Assembly (NCBI GenBank): GCA_022072405.1
Contig: JAJVHX010000012.1
Span: 23,807 to 87,806 of the forward strand
DNA from: Phycisphaerae bacterium
GTDB lineage: Bacteria > Planctomycetota > Phycisphaerae > UBA1845 > CAIVHJ01
DNA: 64,000 nucleotides
Reading direction: 5' to 3'
The notes under the pieces: generated by a model
The model's database searches: none
What the model saw: the letters and a program-made list of their open reading frames with translations, nothing else
What the model was told of the DNA's origin: nothing
Part shown: one piece after another, positions 8,591 to 17,409 of the stretch
Layout of the letters: every line of letters starts with the position of its first letter
How positions within the stretch are numbered: position 1 is the stretch's first letter
Program-made: the position numbers and the translations under genes

Positions 8591-9796
8591 ATGCTCGATT
8601 ATCATCGTCTGGGCGAGTTACCGGCCAAGCATCACATCACTTTCCGCCAGCAGGAGAAGCTGCTGATGGAGCAGTGCGTTACCCGTGAAGGGTTCGACGG
8701 CCCCTACAGCATCCTCTATTTTCGCATCCCGCCGACCGATGAGACGTCGGTCGAACCGCGCCAGTTACCCGGTTTCTGCCCGGTAAGTCCGCTGGAGCGC
8801 CAGCCGTTGCACCGCCGCCATATCCGCACTCAGGAATCCAAACATGAAGGCGACTTCATCACCGGTCGCAAAACGCTGATGATGAACAGCGATGTACAGA
8901 TCGGCTTGTGCAAACCGCAGCAGCCGACCGCCGAATTTTTCAGCAACGCCGATGGCGATGAATGCTGGTTTGCCTATGAGGGCGGTGGCGTGCTGGAGTC
9001 GCTCTATGGATTGTTGCCCTATCGCAAGCATGATTATCTGATCATTCCCAAAGCGACGCCCTATCGCCTCCATCCCGAGGGGGGCAAGGGTACTTTTCTC
9101 ATATTTGAGGGGCGGGGGTTCATCGATATCCCGAAACAGTTTCGCAACAAGCGTGGCCAGTTAACGATGGATGCACCCTTTTGTCATCGTGATTTTCGTC
9201 GCCCATCCGAACTGCTCAAATATGACGCCGCCAGCCATGGCCAGGCTCCGTTCCGCCACGTAGTCAAAAAGAACGATTCGCTCACCGTGCATCTATTCAA
9301 ACATTGGCCCTGGGAACTTGCCGGCTGGGACGGCTACACTTATCCAGTGGCCTTCAATATTATGGATTACCAACCCAAGACCGGCCAGATCCACCTGCCG
9401 CCGACTTATCACATTACCTTCGCCGGAAATGATTTCATCATTTGCAGTTTCGTGCCCCGCAAAGTGGATTACTACGAGCGCAACGGGCAGAAGGCCATTC
9501 CCTGCCCTTATGGCCATGCCAGCGTCGACTGCGATGAAATTCTCTATTACGTCGAGGGTAATTTTACTAGTCGGCGCGGTATCGAATCGCAATCGATCAG
9601 TCTGCATCCCGCCGGCGTTCCGCACGGTCCGCATCCGGGAACTTACGAAAAATCCATCGGCCATGATCGCACCAACGAACTGGCGGTGATGTGCGACACC
9701 TTCAAACCACTGCTGCTGACCGCCGCCGCCGCCCGACTCGAAGACTCCGATTACCACACCACCTGGGTCCAGACCGAAAGCGCGGTGCATCAGTAA
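8591..9796 (+). CDS. hmgA: Homogentisate 1,2-dioxygenase-like cupin dioxygenase
   Basis: The track ORF starts at GTG 8564; the ATG at 8591 (MLDYHRLGELPAKHHITFRQ...) fits the short bacterial HmgA N-terminus as I remember it. The C-terminal motif SISLHPAGVPHGPHPG matches. The family call is from memory, not a search. Confidence 0.65.
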   Translation: MLDYHRLGELPAKHHITFRQQEKLLMEQCVTREGFDGPYSILYFRIPPTDETSVEPRQLPGFCPVSPLERQPLHRRHIRTQESKHEGDFITGRKTLMMNSDVQIGLCKPQQPTAEFFSNADGDECWFAYEGGGVLESLYGLLPYRKHDYLIIPKATPYRLHPEGGKGTFLIFEGRGFIDIPKQFRNKRGQLTMDAPFCHRDFRRPSELLKYDAASHGQAPFRHVVKKNDSLTVHLFKHWPWELAGWDGYTYPVAFNIMDYQPKTGQIHLPPTYHITFAGNDFIICSFVPRKVDYYERNGQKAIPCPYGHASVDCDEILYYVEGNFTSRRGIESQSISLHPAGVPHGPHPGTYEKSIGHDRTNELAVMCDTFKPLLLTAAAARLEDSDYHTTWVQTESAVHQ

Positions 9797-9904
9797 GAAG
9801 CAGGTAACAGGAAATAGGGATCAGACGGCAAGCAGTATTACCCCCGATAATGGCTGTCGCCGTCCGATATGGTTCGTCATCAAAACTGGTAGCTGGAATG
9901 TTGG

Positions 9905-11161
9905 GTGAATTCAACCGATAATGACCATGCCCCGATCGGTTTATTAGTGGGCATGGGAAAAGATGTTATGGCATTTGCCTTTCGCATGTTAGTGGTACGG
10001 GAATCCGGCGCCCAATGTGCAGCCTTACTGAATGTAACGCAGCGCAACGAGGTGCAGACCAGTTACAGTCTTTCCTGCCAGGATGCCCTGCAGCGATTGA
10101 CGGATTACAACCCGCAGGTGGTATTGATCGATTGCCCCGCCAGTGTACCGCCCGGCGGACCGGCGGCATTTGTGCGGCTGCTCGAAGCAATGGATGTGCA
10201 GGGGATCGCCAGCGTGGTATTGGCGGGTCAGCAGTTCCAGCATTTCGAGGATATTCCGGAGTGGGTGCAGGTTCTGCCCTATCATCTGAGCAGTGATGAG
10301 TTGTGGGGCCGGCTGGCGTCGATCCAGCATGTCCAGCAGATTGTGCGGCGGGCTCAGTTGGAGATGACCCACATGCAACGGCTGGGCAAACATCTCAACC
10401 AGCAGTTTGCGGAAGTGGATCAGGAGATGCGGCTGGCGTCGCGGCTGCAGAAGGAGTTTTTGCCCAACACGCTCAGCGGCGTACCGGGATTGGCGTTTGC
10501 GGTGCTCTACCGGCCGGCGTCGTGGGTGTCCGGGGATATTTATGACGTGTCGCGCGTCGATGAAGCGAACGTGTCGTTTTATGTGGCCGATGCGGTGGGC
10601 CACGGCATGGCAGCCAGCCTGATGACCATGTTCGTCAAGCGGGCCATGGTCAGCAAGGAAATTAGTCAGGGGCGTTATCGCGTGCTCAGCCCCTCGGAGA
10701 CGCTGACCCAGTTGAATGACGCCATCGTCCAGCAGGAATTGAAGAATTCGCAGTTTGTGACCGCCACCTATTGCGTCTTGAATCACAAGACTCGCCAACT
10801 GAGCTTCGCTCGTGGTGGTCACCCCTATCCCATCCTCGTCGAGCCAGACGGCTCGTTGCGTGAACTGCGCACCGAGGGAGGGTTGCTGGGGTTGTTTCCC
10901 GGGCAGGAATTTCCCGATAAAACCGTCCAGATAAAACCCGGCCAGAAACTGATCGTCCATAGTGATGGTATGGAACAGGCTTTTGTTGAAGAACGCGATC
11001 CTGAAACCGGCGAACCGCGCTATCGTCAGGAATTCCGCCGCGTGGCCCACATGCCTGCCCGCCAGTTCATCACCGAACTGGAACAGATCATGGATTATGA
11101 GGAAGGCAGCCTCAACCCCCGCGATGATATCACCGTCCTGGTCGTCGAAGTGACCGAATAG
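9905..11161 (+). CDS. PP2C/SpoIIE-family serine phosphatase with an N-terminal receiver-like domain
   Basis: 418-aa ORF. The phosphatase core carries LPN...VSGDIYDV...FYVADAVGHGMAASLMT...ATYCVL...ARGGHPYPIL...VHSDGM...RDDITVLVVEV. The start is uncertain: GTG 9905, or in-frame ATGs at 9953, 9968 or 9986. Confidence 0.8.
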   Translation: MNSTDNDHAPIGLLVGMGKDVMAFAFRMLVVRESGAQCAALLNVTQRNEVQTSYSLSCQDALQRLTDYNPQVVLIDCPASVPPGGPAAFVRLLEAMDVQGIASVVLAGQQFQHFEDIPEWVQVLPYHLSSDELWGRLASIQHVQQIVRRAQLEMTHMQRLGKHLNQQFAEVDQEMRLASRLQKEFLPNTLSGVPGLAFAVLYRPASWVSGDIYDVSRVDEANVSFYVADAVGHGMAASLMTMFVKRAMVSKEISQGRYRVLSPSETLTQLNDAIVQQELKNSQFVTATYCVLNHKTRQLSFARGGHPYPILVEPDGSLRELRTEGGLLGLFPGQEFPDKTVQIKPGQKLIVHSDGMEQAFVEERDPETGEPRYRQEFRRVAHMPARQFITELEQIMDYEEGSLNPRDDITVLVVEVTE

Positions 11162-11204
11162 GTACGAGTATCGATTGAACCCGATTCCTGCACAAGGGGG
11201 TGAA

Positions 11205-11237
11205 GACGGCTCCCTTACGGTCGCAGCTCGGTGAAAC
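11205..11237. repeat. Repeat core copy (reverse orientation)
   Basis: gacggctcccttacggtcgcagctcggtgaaac is the reverse complement of gtttcaccgagctgcgaccgtaagggagccgtc. It matches 17154..17186. Confidence 0.65.
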
Positions 11238-11265
11238 TTTGCCCATACCACCGAATAGCAGGCAG

Positions 11266-11294
11266 TTGCCTTGGAAAGTCGCCGGAGTTATACT
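11266..11294 (+). promoter_or_regulatory. Candidate sigma70-type promoter for rpmE
   Basis: TTGCCT (11266-11271), a 17-nt spacer, then TATACT (11289-11294), about 60 nt upstream of the rpmE ATG. Sequence pattern only. Confidence 0.35.
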
Positions 11295-11356
11295 AATGAA
11301 TTCTCCATTGGTGAGGTTAACGCCCAGAGAATTCTTATTCAGGTCACAGGTGCGCT

Positions 11357-11608
11357 ATGAAAGAAGGCATACATCCCAAGTATATGGACGCGGAAGTGGT
11401 GTGCGGCTGCGGGCATAAGTTCAAGACCCGCAGCACCAAGGCCAAGATCACGGTGGAAATCTGTTCCAACTGCCATCCGTTTTATACCGGGCAGCAGAAG
11501 TTCGTGGACACCGCCGGCCGGGTCGAGAAGTTTCAGAAGAAATTCGGCGGCGAGTATTTCAAGAAGCCCGAACCCGCCGCCAAGGGAAAAGCCAAGACCA
11601 AAGGTTAG
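11357..11608 (+). CDS. rpmE: 50S ribosomal protein L31 (Cys-containing, zinc-ribbon type)
   Basis: [22 protein letters not shown]...[29 protein letters not shown] is the classical L31 sequence. Confidence 0.95.
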   Translation: MKEGIHPKYMDAEVVCGCGHKFKTRSTKAKITVEICSNCHPFYTGQQKFVDTAGRVEKFQKKFGGEYFKKPEPAAKGKAKTKG

Positions 11609-11628
11609 CAGCTTATCATCAATCCATC

Positions 11629-11678
11629 AGCCGTTAGCGGTCCCTCCTGTATCGGTGGTCCGGTTAACGGCTTTTTGT
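11629..11678 (+). terminator. Rho-independent terminator candidate after rpmE
   Basis: agccgttagcgg (11629-11640) pairs with ccggttaacggct (11660-11671) and is followed by TTTTTG. Confidence 0.55.
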
Positions 11679-11878
11679 TTGGGTATGAATTTGGGGGTAG
11701 AGGTGACAAGGTAATGGATTCGCTAACCGCGAAGCGCTACCAGAGTTGATATTGCTGGGCGGTAGCGGTCGGCGTCTCTGCCGGTCGCATGGTGAAGACC
11801 GGCAACGGCCGACGCGGAGGTCGACTTCTACACTCTCATAGAAAATGCGTTAACAACTAACCACAAACGACTACTTTC

Positions 11879-12994
11879 ATGTCTGACACTTCATTTGAAC
11901 CACTGCTGCAGAATAAACTGGACGAGCTGTCGTCTCGGCAGGATGAACTGTTGCAGAAGATGAACGATCCGCAGCTTGCAGCCAATCCGATCCGCATGAT
12001 CGAAATCAACAAGGAATACAGCAAGCTGCGCTATGTGGTTGAACCCTACCGCCGATTCAAAAAAGCCCACACCGCGCTGCAGGAAGCGGAGGAGATTCTG
12101 CGTGACACCGCGCAGGATCTGGAGCTGCGCAATCTGGCGGAGGAGGAGCTGCCCGCCCAGCGGGAAGCCTGTGCCCAATTGGTGCAGCAGGTCAAAGATG
12201 CCCTGGTCAGCGGCGATGAAGCCACCATCAATTCGGTGATCATGGAAATCCGGGCCGGCACGGGCGGGGATGAGGCCGCCATATTCGCGGGTGATTTATA
12301 TGACATGTATCAGCGCTATTGTGGCCGGCGGGGATTCAGTGTCGAAATCATGTCCGGTTCGCCGGGGGAAATGGGCGGGTATAAGGAAATCGTACTCGGA
12401 GTGAAGGGCGAGGGGGTTTACGCCTATCTGGGCTATGAAGGCGGAGGCCACCGGGTGCAGCGGGTTCCCGAAACCGAGACCCAGGGGCGGGTGCATACGT
12501 CGGCGGCGACGGTAGCGGTGCTGCCCGAGCCGGAAGCGGTCGATATCAAGATCAACTGGGAAAACGACGTCGAGGAATATACCAGCCGGGCGGGCGGGCC
12601 GGGCGGCCAGAATGTGAACAAAGTCGAATCCGCCATCAAGCTGGTTCACAAGGAAACGGGCATCACCGTCTCCATGCGTGACGAAAAATCGCAGCATAAG
12701 AATCGGGCCAAGGCGCGGCGGGTATTGCTGTCGCGTTTATTTGATCATCAGCAGAGCCAGCAGCAGGCGGCCCGGGCGGCGACTCGCAAAGCCATGATCG
12801 GTTCCGGAGATCGCAGCGACCGCATCCGCACCTATAATTTCCCGCAGAATCGCTGCACCGATCACCGCATTAACGAAAATTTCAATCTCGACCAGATCAT
12901 GATCGGCAACCTGGACGAGGTGATCGACATGCTGCAGCGCCGCGATCGGGCTGATCGGCTGCAAGCCCTGCAGTTTAATGAGGCAAAAGACTGA
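11879..12994 (+). CDS. prfA: Peptide chain release factor 1
   Basis: 371 aa. GGQ motif ([16 protein letters not shown]), an RF1-type PxT tripeptide (PET in [20 protein letters not shown]), and [18 protein letters not shown]. Confidence 0.95.
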   Translation: MSDTSFEPLLQNKLDELSSRQDELLQKMNDPQLAANPIRMIEINKEYSKLRYVVEPYRRFKKAHTALQEAEEILRDTAQDLELRNLAEEELPAQREACAQLVQQVKDALVSGDEATINSVIMEIRAGTGGDEAAIFAGDLYDMYQRYCGRRGFSVEIMSGSPGEMGGYKEIVLGVKGEGVYAYLGYEGGGHRVQRVPETETQGRVHTSAATVAVLPEPEAVDIKINWENDVEEYTSRAGGPGGQNVNKVESAIKLVHKETGITVSMRDEKSQHKNRAKARRVLLSRLFDHQQSQQQAARAATRKAMIGSGDRSDRIRTYNFPQNRCTDHRINENFNLDQIMIGNLDEVIDMLQRRDRADRLQALQFNEAKD

Positions 12995-13060
12995 CAAGAG
13001 GGGATATGGTTTGAGAGACCGGGGAACAGGCAACAGGGAACTATCCAGGAGAGGTGAATC

Positions 13061-13690
13061 ATGAAAAATATTTTTGTGCGCCTGGCTGGAGTTGGGGTGA
13101 TGCTGGTGCTGGCGAAACCGGCTGCCGCCCAGTGGGATATTTTTGTTGAGCCGGGCGTGGAATCCCAGTGCGGGGTGGTCAATACCGGCAGCGAGGCGGG
13201 CGGGCTGGAATGGGCGGTGCGCAGCTGCGATGGGGCGCTGGTGCTGATCAGCGCCGGCGATCTGGGGTTTGAGAACGCCGTAGTGCAGTCGGACGGCGCG
13301 GTGGAGATTGACGGCGATTTCGCCGGTTACGTCGGTTATTACTCTGACGCCGATGGCTTCGACACCCTCTGGTGGGTGAGTGAACGCGGCTATGTGATGG
13401 ATTTTGACCTTGATGAGCAGCAGCCTTTCGAGACCACCCTGCTGCCGGAAGATTTCGCCGACGTGCCCTGTGCGGCGGAGGATCTCTGGGATGGTGGGGG
13501 GGATTGCGACTCCGATGATGGTGATGAGGAGATGGAGGAGGCTGATTTTCTGGAGGATGATGAGCTGCCCGGGCCGAGCCTGGGGGACTTGTGCGGTTCC
13601 GGCGTTTCCATCACGATTTATCTGGGCGGGTTCCTGTGGATGTGGGGCGGCGGTTATCGGCGGCGAGTGATGAGCGGATGGTATAATTAA
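13061..13690 (+). CDS. Secreted acidic protein with a C-terminal Cys-Gly/hydrophobic/Arg-rich tail
   Basis: Signal peptide MKNIFVRLAGVGVMLVLAKPAAAQ. An Asp/Glu-rich region (DCDSDDGDEEMEEADFLEDDE). Tail: LCGSGVSITIYLGGFLWMWGGGYRRR. Confidence 0.6.
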   Translation: MKNIFVRLAGVGVMLVLAKPAAAQWDIFVEPGVESQCGVVNTGSEAGGLEWAVRSCDGALVLISAGDLGFENAVVQSDGAVEIDGDFAGYVGYYSDADGFDTLWWVSERGYVMDFDLDEQQPFETTLLPEDFADVPCAAEDLWDGGGDCDSDDGDEEMEEADFLEDDELPGPSLGDLCGSGVSITIYLGGFLWMWGGGYRRRVMSGWYN

Positions 13691-13708
13691 TTATAAGAGG
13701 GCATACGG

Positions 13709-15055
13709 GTGGATCATTTTGTATATCATGACGGCCGATTAATGTGTGAAGATGTGGCGGTGGAGAACATCGCCGCCAAAGTGGGCACGCCGCTTTATCT
13801 CTATTCTGCCAATACGCTCCGCTCCCATTACCGGCGCATCGCTGAAGCCTTCGCCGAGTTGAATCCGACGATCTGTTTTTCGGTGAAAAGCTGTCAGAAT
13901 CTTTCGGTCTGCCGCGTACTGCAGGCGGAAGGGTCGGGCTTTGATGTGGTCAGCGGCGGCGAACTGTTTCGGGCGTTACAGGCCGGCGGTGAGCCGGAAA
14001 AAATCGTTTTTGCCGGGGTGGGCAAAAGTGATGCCGAAATCATGCAGGCCATGACCTCCCGCATCGGCTACTTCAATGTCGAAAGCGAAGCGGAGATGGA
14101 GAACCTGATCCGCCTGGCCCGTCAGCAGGGGCAGGTGGTGCGAGCGGCGTTGCGGGTGAATCCTGACGTCGATCCGCGAACCCATCGCTACACCAGCACC
14201 GGCAAGAAGGAAAGCAAGTTCGGGGTGGACCTGGAACGGGCCCGGCGATTTTTCGACACTTATGGACGTACGGACGCGGTACGATTATGCGGTATACATC
14301 TGCATATCGGATCGCCGGTCAACAGCGTGGAGCCTTACGTGGCGGCGCTAACCCGCACGCTGGAATTGATCGACCAGCTGGCGACCGCGGGGTTCCGGGT
14401 GGAGATGGTGGATATCGGCGGGGGATTCGGGGCCTATTATGACAACGATCAACAGGTGCCCGTGGCGGCGGAATATGCCCGGGCCATCATACCCCTGCTA
14501 CGCGGGCGCGGATTGCAGGTGGTGCTGGAGCCGGGGCGGTCCATCTCCGCTAATGCCGGAATATTGCTGACACGGGTGCAATATCTGAAGCAATCCGGCG
14601 AGAAACAGTTTGTCATCATCGATGCCGCGATGAATGACCTCATCCGTCCGGCGTTGTATGAAGCCTATCACCATATCTGGCCCGCGAAGGTGGAAGAACA
14701 TTTTATTCCGAACCATCGCCGGGGACTGCTGTCGCATAGTGCCGCGCCGGCTGAAGCCAGCGGCGCTGGGAAGTGTCAAACCGACTTCGGGGTTCCCGCG
14801 GAGGGGATGATTCTGGCCGATGTGGTCGGACCGGTGTGTGAAAGCGGAGATTTTCTCGCCAAAGGCCGAGCCTTGCCGCCGGTGCAGGCGGGTGATCTGC
14901 TGGCGGTGTTTACAGCCGGGGCCTACGGCTTCGTCATGAGCAGCAATTACAATTCGCGGCCTCGGGCGGCGGAGGTGCTGGTGGACGGCAGTATGTGGCG
15001 GGTGGTGCGGCGGCGGGAAAGTTACGCCGACCTGATCCGCGGCGAAGTGGATTAA
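13709..15055 (+). CDS. lysA: Diaminopimelate decarboxylase
   Basis: 448 aa with a GTG start. Motifs: GTPLYLYS, FSVKSC (PLP lysine region), GIHLHIGS, DIGGGFG, CESGD, YGFVMSSNYNSRPR. Confidence 0.9.
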   Translation: MDHFVYHDGRLMCEDVAVENIAAKVGTPLYLYSANTLRSHYRRIAEAFAELNPTICFSVKSCQNLSVCRVLQAEGSGFDVVSGGELFRALQAGGEPEKIVFAGVGKSDAEIMQAMTSRIGYFNVESEAEMENLIRLARQQGQVVRAALRVNPDVDPRTHRYTSTGKKESKFGVDLERARRFFDTYGRTDAVRLCGIHLHIGSPVNSVEPYVAALTRTLELIDQLATAGFRVEMVDIGGGFGAYYDNDQQVPVAAEYARAIIPLLRGRGLQVVLEPGRSISANAGILLTRVQYLKQSGEKQFVIIDAAMNDLIRPALYEAYHHIWPAKVEEHFIPNHRRGLLSHSAAPAEASGAGKCQTDFGVPAEGMILADVVGPVCESGDFLAKGRALPPVQAGDLLAVFTAGAYGFVMSSNYNSRPRAAEVLVDGSMWRVVRRRESYADLIRGEVD

Positions 15056-15141
15056 TATTTACACCACGATCAGCACCCAATCTCGATCTTGGCCGGTGAC
15101 TCCGGTATAATTCAATGACCTCGGTTGGCAGGAGTTGGTGA

Positions 15142-16635
15142 ATGGGCCTCTTTGACAAAGTCAAAAAGAAAGCTGCCGGCACAGCGGCCAAAGGCCAGGC
15201 TGCCGGTCCGCCGCCCGAAGCCCTGCCCGTGCAGTTCAGTGACGCGGAGATCAAAAAAGCCCGCCAGTGGTTTCAGCAGGGAAAAAAGCTCTACGATGAT
15301 CGCAACTATGATTACGCCATCGAGAGTTATGTGTCCGGGTTGCAGTTCTGGCCGGAAGCGGTGGACGAGGGTCATATCCCGCTGCGGGTGGCTGCTTTTG
15401 CCCGGCGGGAAAAAGGGGGCAAAAAACCCGGCACCATGGATGCCATGAAGCGGTCGATGTCGGGGAAGAACCCGCTGCAGGGTTTGCTCAATGCTGAATG
15501 GCTGTGGGCTCACGACCCGGGAAATCTCGCCTACATGGAAGGCATGGTTAAAAATGCCGCCAAGGGCAAATATGAAAAAACGCTCCTGTTCATCGCTCCG
15601 ATTTATTTTGAAGCGATCAAGAGTGAGAAGAAACTAAGCAAAGAACGTTTTCTGATGTTGCGTGATTTTTACAATCAACTGGGAGATCGCTGCGAATTAC
15701 GCCAGGATTACGGTCAGGCACTGTTGTTTTATCAGGGTTCGCTGACGGTACTGGAGGCGGTGCAGAGTTTTACCGCACCGAAAGAAGATTTCACCAACGA
15801 TATTACCACGCTGGCCACCAAAATCACCCTGCTGAAGGGCAAGTATGACGGTGACCAGGGCTTCCAGGGCAGCGTGCGGGATAAGGGTGCGCAGGCGGAT
15901 TATCATGACCGTGAGCGGATGGTGATGGATGATGAGCGGCTCGATGCGCTGGTGGCGGATGCCCGCAAGGAATGGGAAGCCAATCGCAACGTTCCGGCCA
16001 AACTGCTTAACCTGGTGGAGTTACTCTGTCGCCCGGAACGCCAGACCATGGAAGACCAGGCCATCGCCCTGCTGATGGGTGAACATGATCGGACCAATAA
16101 TTATTCGTTCAAGATGCGGGCGGATGATATCCGCATGAAGCAGCTGCGCCGCCGGATTCGCGATCTGGGTGGCGGAACGGACAGCGACGCACTGAATGCC
16201 GCCCGAGTCGAGCAGCTCAAGTATGAGTTGAGCACCTTCAAAGAACGGATGGATATTTATCCCACCGATAACCGCATCAAGTTTGAATATGGCCGGCGAC
16301 TGGTCAAAGCCCGCAAGTTCGATGAAGCCATTCCGATCCTGCAGGATGGCCGGAGCGATCCCAAAAATCGCTTCAATTGCCTGGGATTGATCGGGCGCTG
16401 CTTTTTTGAGAAGGGGTTATACAGCCAGGCGATCGCCACTTATGAGCAGGCCATTTCGGAATATGAGATCCCCGATGATGACACCAGTAAAGACTTAAAC
16501 TACTGGTTGGCAAGGTCTTATGAAGAATTGGGCAAGCAGCAGGAAGCCCTGGAAGTCTACGGCAAGTTGATCCAGTGGGATTACAACTACAAAGATGTGC
16601 GGAATCGGCTGGCGGCTTTGGAAAAAGCACGTTAA
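15142..16635 (+). CDS. Hypothetical helical-repeat (TPR-like) protein
   Basis: 497-aa ORF with consistent coding composition. TPR-like segments occur at both ends (YDYAIESYVSGLQFWPE; GLYSQAIATYEQAI; LARSYEELGKQQEALEVYGKLI). Confidence 0.6.
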   Translation: MGLFDKVKKKAAGTAAKGQAAGPPPEALPVQFSDAEIKKARQWFQQGKKLYDDRNYDYAIESYVSGLQFWPEAVDEGHIPLRVAAFARREKGGKKPGTMDAMKRSMSGKNPLQGLLNAEWLWAHDPGNLAYMEGMVKNAAKGKYEKTLLFIAPIYFEAIKSEKKLSKERFLMLRDFYNQLGDRCELRQDYGQALLFYQGSLTVLEAVQSFTAPKEDFTNDITTLATKITLLKGKYDGDQGFQGSVRDKGAQADYHDRERMVMDDERLDALVADARKEWEANRNVPAKLLNLVELLCRPERQTMEDQAIALLMGEHDRTNNYSFKMRADDIRMKQLRRRIRDLGGGTDSDALNAARVEQLKYELSTFKERMDIYPTDNRIKFEYGRRLVKARKFDEAIPILQDGRSDPKNRFNCLGLIGRCFFEKGLYSQAIATYEQAISEYEIPDDDTSKDLNYWLARSYEELGKQQEALEVYGKLIQWDYNYKDVRNRLAALEKAR

Positions 16636-16740
16636 TTGATATACTGACAGGTCTGTCAACATTTGGATATTGGCTGCTGCGGCTAACCCGTCAGGTGGTC
16701 GGCTGGTGGGCAGCGGGTTTAGAGTGACTGGGAGGTAGCA

Positions 16741-17025
16741 GTGGCTCATTCATTATCAGCCAAAAAGCGAGATCGTCAGAACGAGGTTCGGAAGCAGCGA
16801 AATGTAGCTCGTAAGAGTGAATTGAAGACGCTGGCCAAGCGTTTTCTGGATGCCGTTAACGCCAAGGACCTGGACAAAGCCAAGGCGGAATTCGTACAAC
16901 TCACCAAGCGTTTTGATCAGGTGGCCGCCAAGGGAACGGTTCATCGCAACAAGGCTGCTCGTCGCAAATCGCGCTTACAACGCCAATTGAACACCCTGGC
17001 TAAGAGTGAAACGACCAAAGCGTAA
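16741..17025 (+). CDS. rpsT: 30S ribosomal protein S20
   Basis: GTG start. MAHSLSAKKRDRQNEVRKQRNVARKSELKT... is a basic, S20-typical sequence. Confidence 0.9.
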   Translation: MAHSLSAKKRDRQNEVRKQRNVARKSELKTLAKRFLDAVNAKDLDKAKAEFVQLTKRFDQVAAKGTVHRNKAARRKSRLQRQLNTLAKSETTKA

Positions 17026-17101
17026 ACATTACCGCACGTTCCGCATCGTATCAGCACCCGGTGCGGTTTAATAAACTCTTTTGATGGGTGAGCAAGTAAA
17101 G

Positions 17102-17268
17102 TGTGCCACGGCTGTTCCAGGTCGTGGTGACTTGTCTATTTGGTACTGGAAAAGTTTCACCGAGCCGTGACCGTCAGGGAGCGGTCTTCATGGTTTTGTG
17201 ATTGAATTAGATTCAAACTTTACCAGTACCGTCTATTTCCTGCACGACTCACCGAGCCGTGACACACA
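17102..17268. repeat. Cluster of repeat-family fragments nested in a 16-nt inverted repeat
   Basis: Contains tgtgccacggct (17102-17113), the core gtttcaccgagccgtgaccgtcagggagcggtc (17154-17186) and ctcaccgagccgtgacacaca (17248-17268). The flanking inverted repeat is ggtactggaaaagttt (17142-17157) against aaactttaccagtacc (17215-17230), 15/16 complementary. Confidence 0.65.
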
Positions 17269-17409
17269 GCAATCATTCCGGCCAATTCGAACATCACAAC
17301 AATTAAACCATTGCAGATTTCATCTTTATAAATAACTGCAAGCGCTGTTCAGGCTGCAACCGGTGGCTTATTGGGGTTATAGACAGAATTAACGAGAAAA
17401 TCTGCGTGA

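Noticed and set aside
10025-11251. 408-aa minus-strand ORF covering the whole PP2C phosphatase gene in antisense
   Set aside because: The plus-strand frame carries complete PP2C/SpoIIE motifs. The antisense product is rich in His, Gln, Arg, Gly and Leu with no motif. Long stop-free antisense frames are expected in GC-rich, codon-biased genes.
15142-15200. The N-terminus MGLFDKVKKK resembles the MGLFDR start of PspA/Vipp1 (ESCRT-III-like) proteins
   Set aside because: The similarity is limited to about six residues. The remainder is TPR-like rather than the long PspA coiled coil. There is not enough to support homology.
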